Shown: one piece after another, positions 1 through 12,183 of the stretch
Numbering within the stretch: the stretch's first letter is position 1
Layout: every line of letters starts with the position of its first letter
DNA from: Callorhinchus milii
Lineage: Eukaryota
Reading direction: 5' to 3'
Length of the DNA: 64,000 bases
Assembly (NCBI RefSeq): GCF_018977255.1
Contig: NW_024704742.1
Coordinates: forward strand, 126,482,001-126,546,000
Notes under the pieces: model-generated
Told to the model about the DNA's origin: nothing
What the model saw: only the letters and a program-made list of their open reading frames with translations
Database searches by the model: none
Position numbers and translations under genes: made by a program

Positions 1-139
1 CTTAACTTGTGGTATTTTACTTAGCATTATGGAAATTATCTTGTCTGTGACCTTTTATCTTATCAAAGCTTAGTCTTATCTCAACTGTTAGGTCAGTTAG
101 GATTTTACTAGAACATTAAGTAACGCAGAAACTAAGCAA

Positions 140-345
140 TAAAAACAGAAGTCGCTGGGAACACTCAGCAGGTCAGGCAACATCTATGGAGAAAGGAAAG
201 TGAGTCAACGTTTCAGGTCCACGACCCTTCATCAGAACTGGGGCATATTGGGAGGGAGAGGCTTTTAAGGACTAACAGAGAAGGGGGGAAGCAGGACAAG
301 GAAGACAAAGGAAAAAATGGGGTAGAGGACAGGGGATGATGGGTT
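140..345 (-). mobile_element. Penelope-like element terminal fragment (pseudo-LTR)
   Basis: Shares aaaaacagaagtcgctgggaacactcagcaggtcaggc...gagtcaacgtttcaggtc with copies at 57818-58011 and 58220-58356 and carries a CTGATGA...GAAAC motif on the minus strand. Penelope assignment comes from recall of similar chondrichthyan repeats. Confidence 0.6.
203..239 (-). ncRNA. Minimal type I hammerhead ribozyme-like motif
   Basis: Minus strand reads AGUU-CUGAUGA-A-GGGUC-GUG-GACCU-GAAA-CG-UU-GACU: core boxes, stem II GGGUC/GACCU, stem I AGUU/GACU, palindromic AACGUU in place of stem III. Confidence 0.55.
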
Positions 346-694
346 AAAGATGGGTCTCTCGCTGGTCTGCCTGTTTTATTGCAATTCCCCCCTTTGTTTT
401 GCATTATTAACACCTCTTTTCCCCTGTTTTGTTGCAATACCCTCTTTGTTTTGTATCATTAACACTGCTTTAATCCATTTGGATTAAGGCTTTTGCTTTA
501 TGGCACAACTTTTAGGTACGACATTGCAAGCTGCTCATTTGCTGCATTGGTAAATTTTATACAAAGGAAGTACAGTAGAATCACATAGAATGTTCACGGT
601 ACAGAATGGAGCCATTCAGCCCATGTTTCTATGCTGGGTCTAGCTCCCTTACAGGAGTTTTCTGCTCTAATACAAGCTAACAATTCTTAAAATT

Positions 695-1279
695 ACAATA
701 CAATACAAAATTACATTTGTAAAGCGACTTTCACATCGGGATGACTTCCCAAGATCTCCACAGTCAGGAATTGGGACCCGAGCGGTGGGGTGGGGGGAAC
801 AGGGAGGGTGGAGGGCAGCGAGGGTAGGAGGGTGGTCAAAAGCGAGGTCGAATAGGAGGGTCTTGAGATGTACCTTGAAGGAGGCAAGGGAGGGAGCGAG
901 GTGAAGGGAATGTGGAATGGAGTTCCAAAGGGTGGGAGCAGAAAGGCTGAAGGCCTGACTGCCAATGGTGGGGCGGGCCGGGCTGGGGATTTGGAGCAGG
1001 CCAGAGCCTGCTGAGCAGAGGGAATGGAGAGGTTGATATGGGGTTAACAGGTTACAGAGATAGAAAGGGGCAAGGCCGTGGAGAGCCTTGAAGGCGAGGA
1101 TGAGGATTTTGAACACTATCCACTGGGGATTGGGGAGCCAGTGGAGCCGAGAGAGGGTGAAGCAGTCACAGAGCCTGGTGGGGGAAAGGACATGAGCTGT
1201 AGAGCTCTGGATGATCTGCAGCTTGTGGAGGGAAGAGTTGGGAAAGGCCGACAAGCAGAGAGTTGGCGTAGTCGAGCCT
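695..1279 (-). mobile_element. L2-clade LINE 3' fragment
   Basis: ORF 667..1254 has L2 ORF2 C-terminal motifs (LQIIQ..AHVL, LHWLP..IVFKILIL, AFSLSAPTLWNSIP) and ends in a (TATTG)n-like tail. Confidence 0.9.
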
Positions 1280-1375
1280 AAGTTAATTCTGTTTCTGGGA
1301 CTGTCCGTGCTGGCACAAATAACTGATGTTTTTGCTTACAAAAGAACATCACTACACTTGAGAGTAAATACCATG

Positions 1376-2870
1376 AACAACAACAACAACAAAAAATTGT
1401 ATTTATAGAGCGCCTTTCACGTCGGGAGGACATCCCAAAGCACTGAACAGTCAGCTGTCGGGGCTCAAGCATGGGGGAGGGGTGGTGTAGGGGTGAGGGA
1501 AGGCATAGAGGTGGGAGGGAGACCAAAGGCATGATCGAAGAGAAGGGTCTTGAGACCGGCCTTGAAGGAGGCAAGGGAGGAAGCGAGGCGAAGGGACCAT
1601 GGGATGGAGTTCCAGCGTGTGGGGGCAGAGAGGCTGAAAGCCCGGCCACGGATAGTAGGGCGGGTCGAGCTGGAGACATGGAGTAGCCCGGAGCCTGATG
1701 AACGGAGGGAGCAGGCAGGTTGTTTAAGGAGTCAGCAGGTCAGAGATGTAGGAGGGGGCAAGGCCATGGTTGGCCTTAAAGATGAGGATGAGGATCTTGA
1801 ACTTGATCCTCTTGGGGATGGGGAGCCAGTGGAGTCGGGCGAGGTTGGGAGTGATGGGGTCACAGAGCCTGATGCGTGAGAGTACATGAGCTGCAGACTT
1901 TGGGATGATCTGCAGTTTGTGAAGGGAAGCGTTTGGAAAGGCCGATGAGGAGGGAGTTCACGTAATCAAGTCTTGAGGGACGAATTCATGGGTGAGGGTT
2001 TTGGCAGCCTGAGGGGTGAGGCAGTGGCGGAGTCTGGCAATGTTGCGGAGGTGGTGGTAGGCAGTGCTGGTCATGGCACGGATGCCGGGGAGAAAGGACA
2101 GTTCAGGGTCAAACAAGACACCCAAGTTCCTGACTGGCTTAGTGAGGTTGAGTGTGCAGCCAAGGAGGCTGATGCTGCCAGGGCCTGAGGTGCGGAGGCG
2201 CTGGCGCGAGCCAATCAGAAAGACCTCGGTCTTGCTAACGTTGAGTTGGAGAAAGTTGTCCCTCGTCCAGGACTTGATGTCGAACAGGCAGTCGGTCAGG
2301 ACCTCAGTAGGCCTGGAGATCAGGGTGGAGGCAGAAAGGTAGCGTTGGGTGTCATCCACATACTTGACGTCGCCAAGGGGGAGCATGTAGAGGGTGAAGA
2401 GGAGGGGACCGAGGACGGAGCCTTGAGGAACACCGCACGAGACGGTGCGGGGGCTGGAGGAGAAACCGTTTGCCGCGACGAAGTGGAGGCAGTGTGAAAG
2501 GTAGGACCTGAACCAGTCAAGGACAGAACCTTGAAGGTTGAGGTGGGAGGAGAGGCGGTGGAGGAGGATTGAGTGGTCCACGGTGTCAAAGGCGGTGGAG
2601 AGGTCGAGGAGGTAGAAGGAGCCCTGGTCACACATGGTCAGGATGTCATTTATGACCTTAACCAAAGCTGTTTCTGTGCTGTGGGCAGCACGGAAACCCG
2701 ATTGGAGGGGTTCATGGAGGGAATGGGAGGAGAGGAATGAGCAAAGCTGGGAGGCAACAGCTCTCTCAAGGACGTTGGATAGGAAAGATGAGATTTGAGA
2801 TGAGCCGGTAGCTGGATAGCTGTGATGGGTCGAGGGATGGTATTTTCAAGGTGGGGGTGATAGTGGCTGT
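1376..2870 (-). mobile_element. L2-clade LINE, degenerate ORF2 reverse transcriptase plus 3' end
   Basis: ORF 1958..2665 has RT motifs [36 protein letters not shown]; frameshifted C-terminus; (TTG)n tail near 1376-1390. Confidence 0.92.
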
Positions 2871-3109
2871 AAGCACTACATTCTGGTCACTACAAGAAAT
2901 TCTGGCAGTATAAAAATGTAAATTAATTTCCTCCTTTCCTTCTTTCCTTCCTTTCTGAACCCAAACCCTTTCTCTTTCCCCCGTAAGCTGTAATACTACT
3001 TTTCCTGAGATATTTATTTGATTTCCTTTTAAATCCCATTGATGGCCCAGTTTCAACAGCCATTTATTTTTAAAATATATTTAACAGAAAGCAGGAATTC
3101 AGTGAACTC

Positions 3110-3418
3110 TAGGGCAGCAGAGAGAGAGTGAGGGGAGACTTTTTTCCAGGCATAGTAGGCGATACAGTTGGGTTAGGTGTTGGGGAGGGGAATGGAGGAG
3201 TTACGGGAGAAGAGATCTTGGTCTGAGATGCCTTTGTCGGTGATGGTGATGTCTGAGATGATGAGAGCCCGGGTAGTTCCCAGATTCAGCGGTTGATTAT
3301 AGACGTGGGTGGCAGATTTGATGTGGAGGGAGAGGTTGTGAGAGGAGAGTAAAGGAGAAGTCAGTGGAGATAGAGCAAGAAGGGGTAAAGTGGAGGTTGA
3401 AGTCGCCCAAGATGATTC
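3110..3418 (-). mobile_element. L2 ORF2 endonuclease-domain fragment
   Basis: Minus strand of gtggaggttgaagtcgcccaagat encodes ILGDFNLH (APE-type endonuclease motif); downstream ISDITITDKGISD. Confidence 0.7.
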
Positions 3419-3584
3419 TTTTTTCATATAGAATCATGGGATCTTTAAACCACAATCTTCTGACCCTAAGACCAGAGTGCTACCAACTTATCCTTCTTGG
3501 GAGTGGAGGTAAGTGGGGTTTCCTTGGAGCTGAATTGACTCCAAGGTGGCATGTTTGGTGATGGACTGTCAGAATAGATCCAAC

Positions 3585-3935
3585 CTTCTATGTAGCGGTC
3601 TCAGTAGTCCAGTTCCTGAGTCAAGTGGTTCCGCAGTGCTCCAGGCAGGCTGGCTTGGCTCATTGGCAAGACTTGGAAGGGCAGACCAGTAACTGGGGGT
3701 GGTGCCTCTTCACACTCAACTCTCATTAACCTTGCAAACCAAAGCCTTTATAGGTAGGGTGGTCGCAGCTGGACAAGCAGCGGGAAAGCTTGCCAGGCAT
3801 GTGCTCTCAATGGCAAGCTGTGAGGTTTTAGCTGGTTAGACTCCAGCAGTACCCAAACGCACACTCTGGGGTCCCCAAATCTTGGCTCTGACCAACCTGT
3901 GCCTAATACTTTCCAGAATTAGGTAAGCAAAATGT
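3585..3935 (+). repeat. Unclassified old interspersed repeat, copy 1 of 5
   Basis: By-eye similarity (cacactctggggtccccaa...cctaatac; ttggaagggcagaccagt) to 27600-27875, 42310-42585 (-), 53520-54320 and 58690-59030 (-). Confidence 0.6.
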
Positions 3936-4814
3936 GTCTCCCCCCAGCCCCACAGCAAGAGAGTCTGCATATCATTTCAATAAATATCTCTGGAATTTCT
4001 ATGTGTAAGTGGGATGCGTTGAACTCTGTTTGGTTTGGATACTGAATGGTTTCTGCATGTGTCAGACACCAGACCAACCAAAAATAAAATGAGCAAAAGC
4101 TGAGTAACATAGGAAGAGGTAGATCATTAACCCTGTTCTACTATTTAATTAGATTAAAGCAGATCTCTGCTTATTACCCCACCTTTCTCCTATATCCCAA
4201 ATACTCCTGTTACCCAATGCACTCTGCAGTATGATTGTGTCACTCATTATTGCCACAGGAAAGGATTTTGCTGTGGCAGATGTACTTCAACTTGGTGCAC
4301 GATGAAGCAAAACCTCACATTGCTAGAAACACTATTTATGTTCTTTCAGATGGAAATTTTCCTATCAATCTGATAGTTCAGTTCACTTGCACCAGGAGTG
4401 CACCAGGGCAATTGGATTGTCCAATCTCAAGGAATTCAACCACTTACATTATCTGACTTATAGTGAGGAGCACTGTGTTCCATTACACTCTAAACAGGGG
4501 AACAGAGATAGGAACAGATCTTAGAAACATGACATAAATCAGGCGCTGTGCTCTAGCTTTTAATTAGAGTCAGGTTTTATAGTTTTTAATAAAGTTTTAT
4601 TGTGAACATAGTATTTGTTTAGCCTGTATTTTTAAGATGCAAAATTTCCTCCATTGGCTGTTGTCATAAGGCAGAGTCTCAAGCTGAAAATCGTTGACAT
4701 CTCAGTAGAATTTCAATCTGTGCTCACGTGAAAGGTGTTATATAAATGTAAATTTGAATTGTATCGTATTGTGCTTCACAAACTGATGAATTACCTTAGT
4801 GGTCAGCAACTCTA

Positions 4815-4962
4815 AGGAGTCCTGTATCGTATGGCCTCCACATTTCGCCAACAAAATATACAGTCAATTCACTTAACAGTATATTCTGTGAAGCGCTTTG
4901 AGGTGTCTCGAAGACGTGATAAGGCGTTATATCAAATGCAAGGATTATTATTATATTATTAT
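4815..4962 (+). mobile_element. tRNA/Deu SINE 3' fragment
   Basis: cagtcaattcactt...tgtgaagcgctttgag...caaatgcaaggatt(att)n tail shared with full-length copies. Confidence 0.8.
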
Positions 4963-5884
4963 TCAATACACCAGAATTTATATTTTCTTTTGCTAATAAT
5001 AGCTTTGCCATTGTCTCGAAACTTAACTGTGCGAGCTCACACACAGAATATTTTCTGATGATAATATTAACAGGTTCTCTAAACAGCTGACTGCAGGAGC
5101 CCTCTGGCAATGTTTGGGAGAAAGCGTGTGTCTTTGCAATTTCAATTCACCTCAATCGTCTGGCATTCCAGGAAAACTTTGTATGCTTTCTGTAATTTTT
5201 CGCATGTCTGAATAGACTATCTGTGGTGTAATAACATCCAAATGCCTCAGATTCTCCATATGTCCCAGCCCAGTTTGCTTTTGTAAGTTAGATTAAGAGC
5301 CAGTGAGCACAAAACAAACTTGTTTTACTGAGGAGTGGAAGACTGAGAATAAAACGAAAGAGAAAATCTCTTTTGTATTTCAAATCTGTAGATTTATTTA
5401 TAAACCTTGTCACAATACCTATAGTCAATATTGAAAGTGTTATATCAGTGTTCCAGTCTTTCAGCCTAAATCTCAGCTTCCGTTTTTACATTCTGGTAAA
5501 CACAGTTAATCCTCTGGTAAATATTTACAATAATCTTATATTTATAACTTGTGGCTTATGTAAGACTATCATACTGTGTACTGTAGGGTGCACGCTAAGC
5601 AGTACATTTCTTAGAATACATAAAAACTCATTCTGTAAACTATTTACTCTAGCTAGCATGTTTGCTATGATTTCCTCTCTCCTATAAGTGAAAGCCATAT
5701 CTCACACCCTCTCCCTGCTCATGCTCATAATTAATGCAAAGTGTTGCATTTAGGTCAACAAAGCATACATAGGCCCAAGCCATTGTACAGATGAGCATAT
5801 TGATGAGATAAATGGTCAACTAGATTGAAAAACTAGACAATACTTTAAGATGCAGCAAGGCAGTAGAACAAGATGACATAGGTT

Positions 5885-6062
5885 TTCTTTTACACAGAGA
5901 GTATGACTGGAACAGGTTACCAGTAAGGATGTTTGGGACCAGGACACTGGGCTTATTTAAAAAACAGATTGATGCTGTGATGGGAAGACAGTAGGGTGGG
6001 TATGATGAGATCAAATGTGTCACAGGTCCTTCCTCGTCCAACTCAATCTTATGATCTTGTGA
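5885..6062 (+). mobile_element. CR1 LINE 3' end (old)
   Basis: ttttacacagagagt...tggaacaggttacc (FTQRV..WNRLP) followed by a tcttatgatcttgtga tail. Confidence 0.6.
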
Positions 6063-6109
6063 ATTGATTATTTTCACATCCATATAATAATAAACCTTAC
6101 ATTTGGTAT

Positions 6110-7070
6110 AACAACAACAACAAGATTCCATTTATAAAGCGCCTTTCACGTCAGGAGGACGTCCCAATGCGCTGCACATTTGGGTCATGACCCGAGCAGG
6201 GGGAAATGGTCAGGGTGAGGGGAGGGAAGGGAGGGAGTGAGGAGGGGGAAATGGTCAGGGTGAGGGGAGGGAAGGGAGGGACCGAGGAGGGGGAAGAGAG
6301 TCGAGAGGGGAGCTGAAGGCTCGGTCAAAGAGAAAGGTTTTGAGACCGGCCTTGAAGGAGGAGAGGGAGGAAGCAAGGCGAAGGCACTGGGGGATGGAGT
6401 TCCAGAGCCTGGGGGCTGAGAGGCTGAAGGCCCGACCACCGATGGTAGGGCAGTTGGGGCGGGGGACGTGGAGCAGACCGGAGCCAGAGGAACGGAGGGT
6501 ACGGGCAGGTAGGTAGGGGGATAGTAGGTTGGAGAGGTAGGAGGGAGCAAGGCCATGAATGGCCTTGTAGGTGAGGATGAGGATCTTGAAATCAATCCTC
6601 TGGGGGATGGGGAGCCAGTGGAGGCGAGCGAGGGTGGGAGTGATGTGGTCGCGAAGCCTGGTGCGGGACAGTACACGAGCTGCAGAGTTCTGAATGACCT
6701 GCAGCTTGTGGAGGGAGGTGGCGGGAAGGCCGGCGAGGAGAGAGTTCCCATTGTCCAGCCTTGAGGTGACAAAGGCGTGAACCAGGGTTTCAGCAGCGTG
6801 AGGGGTGAGGTAGTGCCGTAGTCTGGCGATGTTCCGGAGGTGATGGAAGGCGGTGCCAGTTGTGGTGCGGATGTGAGGGAGAAAGGACAGCTCAGGGTCG
6901 AACAAAACGCCGAGGTTCCTGACTGGCTTTGAGAGGTGGAGAGTGCAGCCTTGGATGCTGATGGTGTCGGCGCCTGAGGTGCGGAGGCGCTGACGTGAGC
7001 CAATCAGAAGGGCCTCGGTTTTTCGCACGTTGAGCTGAAGAAAGTTGTCTCTCATCCAGGACTCGATGTC
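6110..7070 (-). mobile_element. Young 5'-truncated L2 LINE with uninterrupted ORF2 C-terminus
   Basis: ORF 6255..7079 (274 aa) has no stop: [48 protein letters not shown]; (TTG)n tail; inserted into an older SINE tail. Confidence 0.95.
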
Positions 7071-7303
7071 ACCTTTCATGTCATGTCAGGAGGATATCTT
7101 AAAGCGCTTCACAGGATATACCATAATAATAATTATTATTATACACCATAATACGTAGTGACTGTAGTTATTGGCAAATATATACTAGCTCTTTAATATA
7201 TATGGGTAATCAGATAATGTTTTGCATTCGATGTGAGTCCTGAAATTCCAGCTAGTCTTAGCTTGTAAAACTGTTTCATATTAAAATGTAATAAAATGTA
7301 ATT

Positions 7304-7626
7304 GTGGAGTCCTGTAGCTCAGTGGTTAGAGCACTCGCTTTGCAAGAGAGAGACCTGAGTTCAATTCCAGGCAGGGCGAAACCTTGGGCAAGTTTCCTTA
7401 CTCCACACGCCTAATAATAATCCCTCCAAAAAACCAAAACAATAATAAATTGGTCATTTTCAATCTACGACTGTTTGTGGGACAATGCTGTGCGCAATTG
7501 GCTGCCGCGTTCGCCCACAAATATACAGTCAATTCACTTTACAGTATATTCTGTGAAGCGCGTTGGGACGTCCTCCCGACGTGAAAAGCGCTATATCAAA
7601 TGCAAGGATTATTATTATTATTATTA
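7304..7626 (+). mobile_element. Full-length tRNA(Ala)-derived Deu-core SINE
   Basis: Pol III box A TAGCTCAGTGG, box B GAGTTCAATTCC, anticodon-like CTCGC-TTTGCAA-GAGAG, core tgtgggacaatgctgtgcgcaattggctgccgcg, L2-like tail plus (ATT)n. Confidence 0.9.
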
Positions 7627-8064
7627 TATTATATTGCACAGAATTCTGGAAAACTCTTACATTCAGACTAACTTGGGAGCCGGTTCTTTTTAAGACTGGA
7701 GGCAATTGTTTTCCAGAATAGGAATGAATTAAGAATTGTTCACAATGCTGCGCAATCTTAAATTATTAAGAGAAAATGGTCTTACAAACCAGGACAACGT
7801 GGAATTTGGGACACACACTGTGTTGTTGAATGTGTCAAGCAACATCCTACTATTCTCCCAATAACACCCCCCCCACCCCCACCCCCGCCCCCCCCATACA
7901 CACACACACGCGCACATTTTGGCCCTAACCCTAATTCTTGTTGATGACTGTGATATCCAACTGAGTTAATCAGAATCACGCTGAATTTAAATCTGAAGCA
8001 GCACTGAAACACTGTACTCCAGGGTCAGAAACAATATGCAGAGCAAATACTGCAAAACCAAGAC

Positions 8065-8410
8065 ACTTATTGTGAAGCGTTGTGATTGTGTATTTGTAGG
8101 CAAACTTGGCAGCTAATTTGTGCACAGTGTTGTCCCACATGGAGACACGAGGTGAATGATCAATTTTATCTGGGGCATATCTGCTAATCAGGACCTTGAG
8201 AAATTTCCTTTTCTTTTTGAATAATGCCTTAGGATCTTTAATGTCCACTGAACAGTCAGACAGACCTAGATTTTTAATTCTCATCCGAAAAACAGCACTC
8301 GACTCGACTCGACTGGAATATCAGCCTAGGCTGTGAACTCAAGGTGCCGACATGGGGCTGGAACCCACAACCTTTTGACTTCCAAGACTATCAACTGTGC
8401 CAGGCAGTTA
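8065..8410 (-). mobile_element. Older Deu-core SINE family copy
   Basis: Reverse complement of the head (gaaggttgtgggttc..gcccc), the ttaaagatcc segment and the Deu core, as in 15034-15833 and 46845-47288. Confidence 0.7.
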
Positions 8411-8899
8411 AGAAACATTGCACTTTTCACCCTATCTATTAGCCACACAAGAGTGAATTTCCTTGGAGTTGTATCAATGGAGCAGGTGTTTGTCAGATGC
8501 AGAGTTAAAGATAAGGAGCCAAACATTGGCAATTCTCTTAAAGATATATCAAAACTGAGGGAACAGTCTTCCTGGAGAAGAGTTAGGGCTTTTTCACTAA
8601 TCCCCACACCCCAACATTACTGCTGTTTATTTCTACGAACGAGAGCTCTCTCTCTCAGGTGCTGCTAATGCAATTGGCCTTTTCCATTACTTTAACAAAG
8701 GAAAGATAGCATAAAGAGGCAAGATTAGCTCTATGTACATTGAAATATTGACTGCTCAGGAGCAAAGTCATCTCTGATCTTCCCTCAAGCAAACACACAA
8801 TTGAGGAGAAATTTCACCTGTGTAAATTTACAGAAACATACAGTAAGACGGCTTCAGAATTAAAAGACTATTTAATGAATTTGCCAGCTGCAGGCAGGC

Positions 8900-9022
8900 A
8901 TTTCGCCCACAAAATATACAGTCAATTCACATTACGGTATATTCTGTGAAACGCTTTGAGATATCTCGAAGACTTGATAAGGCGCTTTATCAAATGCAAG
9001 GATTATTATTTTTATTATTATT
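8900..9022 (+). mobile_element. SINE 3' fragment
   Basis: ttcgcccacaaaatatacagtcaattcac...caaatgcaaggattattatt. Confidence 0.8.
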
Positions 9023-10127
9023 AAAACATCAACTTCTGCAATAGGATCAGCACCGTTCCGCCAAAGCAACAGTATTGCATATTGCACTTCTAAGACAGTC
9101 AAAGGGATCCTCTACACTCCATATAGAATGAAAGGTAATGCACTAATGTTCAAAGAGGCACTTTTACAGTGTCCATCAGAGAACCACAAAGGACCTAAAT
9201 TGAACTCCTGGGAATTCCTGACTAGAAACACTTGTGCCCCTCTGACATTTGGCGATTTCTTTCTAACTGAAATCACTCGCCCTGCCCTCAGCCCCACTAT
9301 ATGGGACCTTTTACGGCCAGACATTTGCATCCTGTCAGTAAAGAGGCACCTTCGCCAGTGGCCAACAAACCAGAAAATCAATTAAAATGAGTACAGAATG
9401 ATAAATTAATAGGTTGCGTGTGTGAAATTTCCCCGGATCCTCGGTCTAGCAGAATTGGTCCAATTAGAGGAGGGATTGTTCATTGATTCCCACTGCACGA
9501 AATGGTTTCTCTCTGTTGCTGATGTGAGAGAGACATCAGTATTGTTCCTTTCTCCTCTCTCTTTTTTATTTTAAACAAGACAATGTTTCCAACTCATGAA
9601 TTTGAACCGGAAAGTGCAGATTTTAAATGTGGTTTTATTTGGTTCTAAATGGTTTGACATGGTTCTCTCTGCGTAGACTCCAGAGCAATTCCAGTGGTCA
9701 CAAACGCCCACAAACATAACTTTAAATTGGCTCTGCTTCTCATTAAAAATAATGGGAAGTGCAGTCTCATAAATTCTGTTGTGCTGTTGGTATGATTGCA
9801 TCTCCAGCTCCACGTGCTAAAGAAAAGTATGTTTCAGTCACACTCAGTGGACGTTCTTTCGGAACAGAACATTGCTCTGCAGAATTAAGGAAGCAGTCGG
9901 GAATTGGCGGGAATCCTTTGTTGCCAGCACTCAGCGTGGTCTGTCCCTGGCCTCTGTGGGGCAAAGAGGACAATGTGGTTAATAGATTAGCCCTTGAAGG
10001 ATTGCATTAGCAGTTCTGCACCAAGTGACACTCAAAATCTTGTTCTTATGAACAAATCCTCACTCTATAGAATTCCAAGATTACTATGCTAATAGAATTT
10101 TTTGTGACCTATTTAATTAGACTATAC

Positions 10128-11205
10128 TCGTGCTCAGAAGTTTTAGTTCTCCTCGCCAGCGAGAGGACCCAGGTTCGATTCTCAGGCATAGCAAAACCTT
10201 AGACAAGTTTCCTTAGTCCACACATCTCTCTTTACTTAGCAGTAAGTAGGAACTCGGTTGTTAGCCGATCGGCGGATAGCTTTCCGGGAGTAATAATCCC
10301 TCCAAATAAAATGTGATCACTTAATCCATGATTGTTTGTGGAACACTGCTGTGTGCGTCCTCTTGGCAATGTCATCCACAGACACGGGGTAAACTTCCAC
10401 ATGTATGCGGATGACACACAAATCTACTTTGCCACCTCCAGTACCAACTCCAGGTCCCCTGGTGTTCTATCAGCCTGTCTGGCAGACATCAGGGCCTGGA
10501 TGAGTGTAAATTTCTTGCAGCTGAATGTGGACAACTCCACATGTGGAATTGGATTACTCGAACTCACTCCTCGCCGGTCTCCCCAGCTCCACCATTCAAA
10601 AGATGCAGCTCATTCAGAACTCTGCCGCCCGAATATTGACCAGATCTAAACTCCGTACCCCCATCTCACCAGTTCTAGTTAGGCTCCACTGGTTCCCCAT
10701 CACCAAACGGATTGACTTCAAGATCCTCACACTCGTGTTCAAATCCGTTCACTCCGTGGCACCTGCCTACCTCTCCGACCTCCTCACTCCCTAATCCACC
10801 ACCCGGTGCTTCCATTCAACTGGCACCAGCCTCCTATTTGTCCTTGCACCCTCCGTTCCACCACTGGAGGTCGCGCTTCCAGCCACTACACACCAAAACT
10901 GTGGAACACCCTCCCTTAACCTCTTCGTCTTGCCCCCGCTCTCCTATTTTTCAGGTCCCGGCTGAAGACTTTCCCATTCGACCATGTTTACGGCCACCTC
11001 TCCCCGGCTTGGAGACAGGCTCCACCACTGTTAAGTGCGCTGAGATGCTACCCTACATGGACGGTGCTATATATGTGCAAGTTGTTGTTTTCAATGTTTT
11101 GCCCACAAAATACAGTCAATCACTAAACAATATCTTCTGTGAAGCGTTTTGAGCCATCTCAACCATGTGATAAGGCACTGTATTAAATGGATTATTAGTA
11201 TTATT
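10128..11205 (+). mobile_element. tRNA SINE split by an L2 insertion
   Basis: Head with box B GGTTCGATTC near 10172 and core to ~10356; the SINE resumes at ~11097 (ttttgcccacaaaatacagtc) and ends in the tail. Confidence 0.75.
10357..11090 (+). mobile_element. L2 LINE 3' fragment with internal deletion
   Basis: ORFs 10332..10649 ([21 protein letters not shown]) and 10525..10794 ([23 protein letters not shown]); (GTT)n tail. Confidence 0.9.
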
Positions 11206-12014
11206 ACTAACTAAGTAGAAAAGCAATTGCTTGAAAATATATGGACACGAACCAAAAGTCGGGGCCGTTGTATTAAAAAAAAGCTAGCACAAAAAAAATC
11301 TGCAGTAATCTAGGGCTGTGCCTATTAGATCCTAGAATTTGTTTTATTTTCCTGTTCCTTTTCCTTAGTCTCTTACCTCTTCCTGTGAGTTCAAAGTCCT
11401 ATAGCTGAAAGAATCCACAGCCTTCTAACCCACAGGCAAAAGTTCTGTCAATTGCTACCAAGGCATTTAAATAGCTAAAATAAAATTACTTTCCCTTCCC
11501 CAACCCCTATACACACACACACACAGATATTTCTTCATAACATATGTGGGCATTTTCTGAGTAATCCTATGAGTGAGCAAGAGGTGGGTTCCATTCATAT
11601 CACAGCAATCATTATCAAGTAATAGCTCTGTGGCCTGAAACTATCCTGTTTGAACAGACTGGACTATTTTCAATGACTGTACAGGTAGTAAAGCTGTAAA
11701 AAGCAGCCTGGAGACACATTGGGCACTGATGGATTCCATGGTGATGGGATGTGGAGTGGAGCCTACACTGTCAGCTGGCATCTCACAGAAAGATGCAATC
11801 AGAGACAAAACATTTCCCATAGAGAAGGGAGTCCAATCAGACAGTGCAGAACTACGTAAGCACATACTAAGTTACCACACAACATCATTGTCAACAATCT
11901 AGTCTTTTAGGATTCAATAAAGGAACATCATGACCTAGAAAAACGTAAAACAACTGACAAGATTGTTCCAGTTGAAGAAAGCCCTTCACTCCATTTGGTC
12001 TCATCCTTCCTCTA

Positions 12015-12183
12015 AAAAAAATAATAGTAAACTGGTCACTTCAATCCACAATTAGCTGCCACATACACAAAATATACAGTCAATTCCCTTTACAGTATAT
12101 TCTGTGAAGCGCTTTGAGACGTCTCAAGTCCGTGATAAGGTGCTATATCAAATGCAAGGATTATTATTATTATTATTATTATT
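12015..12183 (+). mobile_element. SINE 3' half
   Basis: ggtcacttcaatccac...tail plus (ATT)n. Confidence 0.8.

Noticed and set aside
6185..7003. 272-aa Ser/Pro-rich ORF as a novel protein
   Set aside because: Alternative frame of the GC-rich L2 ORF2.
7304..7380. tRNA-Ala gene
   Set aside because: It is the tRNA-derived head of a multi-copy SINE, continuing into the Deu core and L2-like tail with no proper acceptor stem or terminator.
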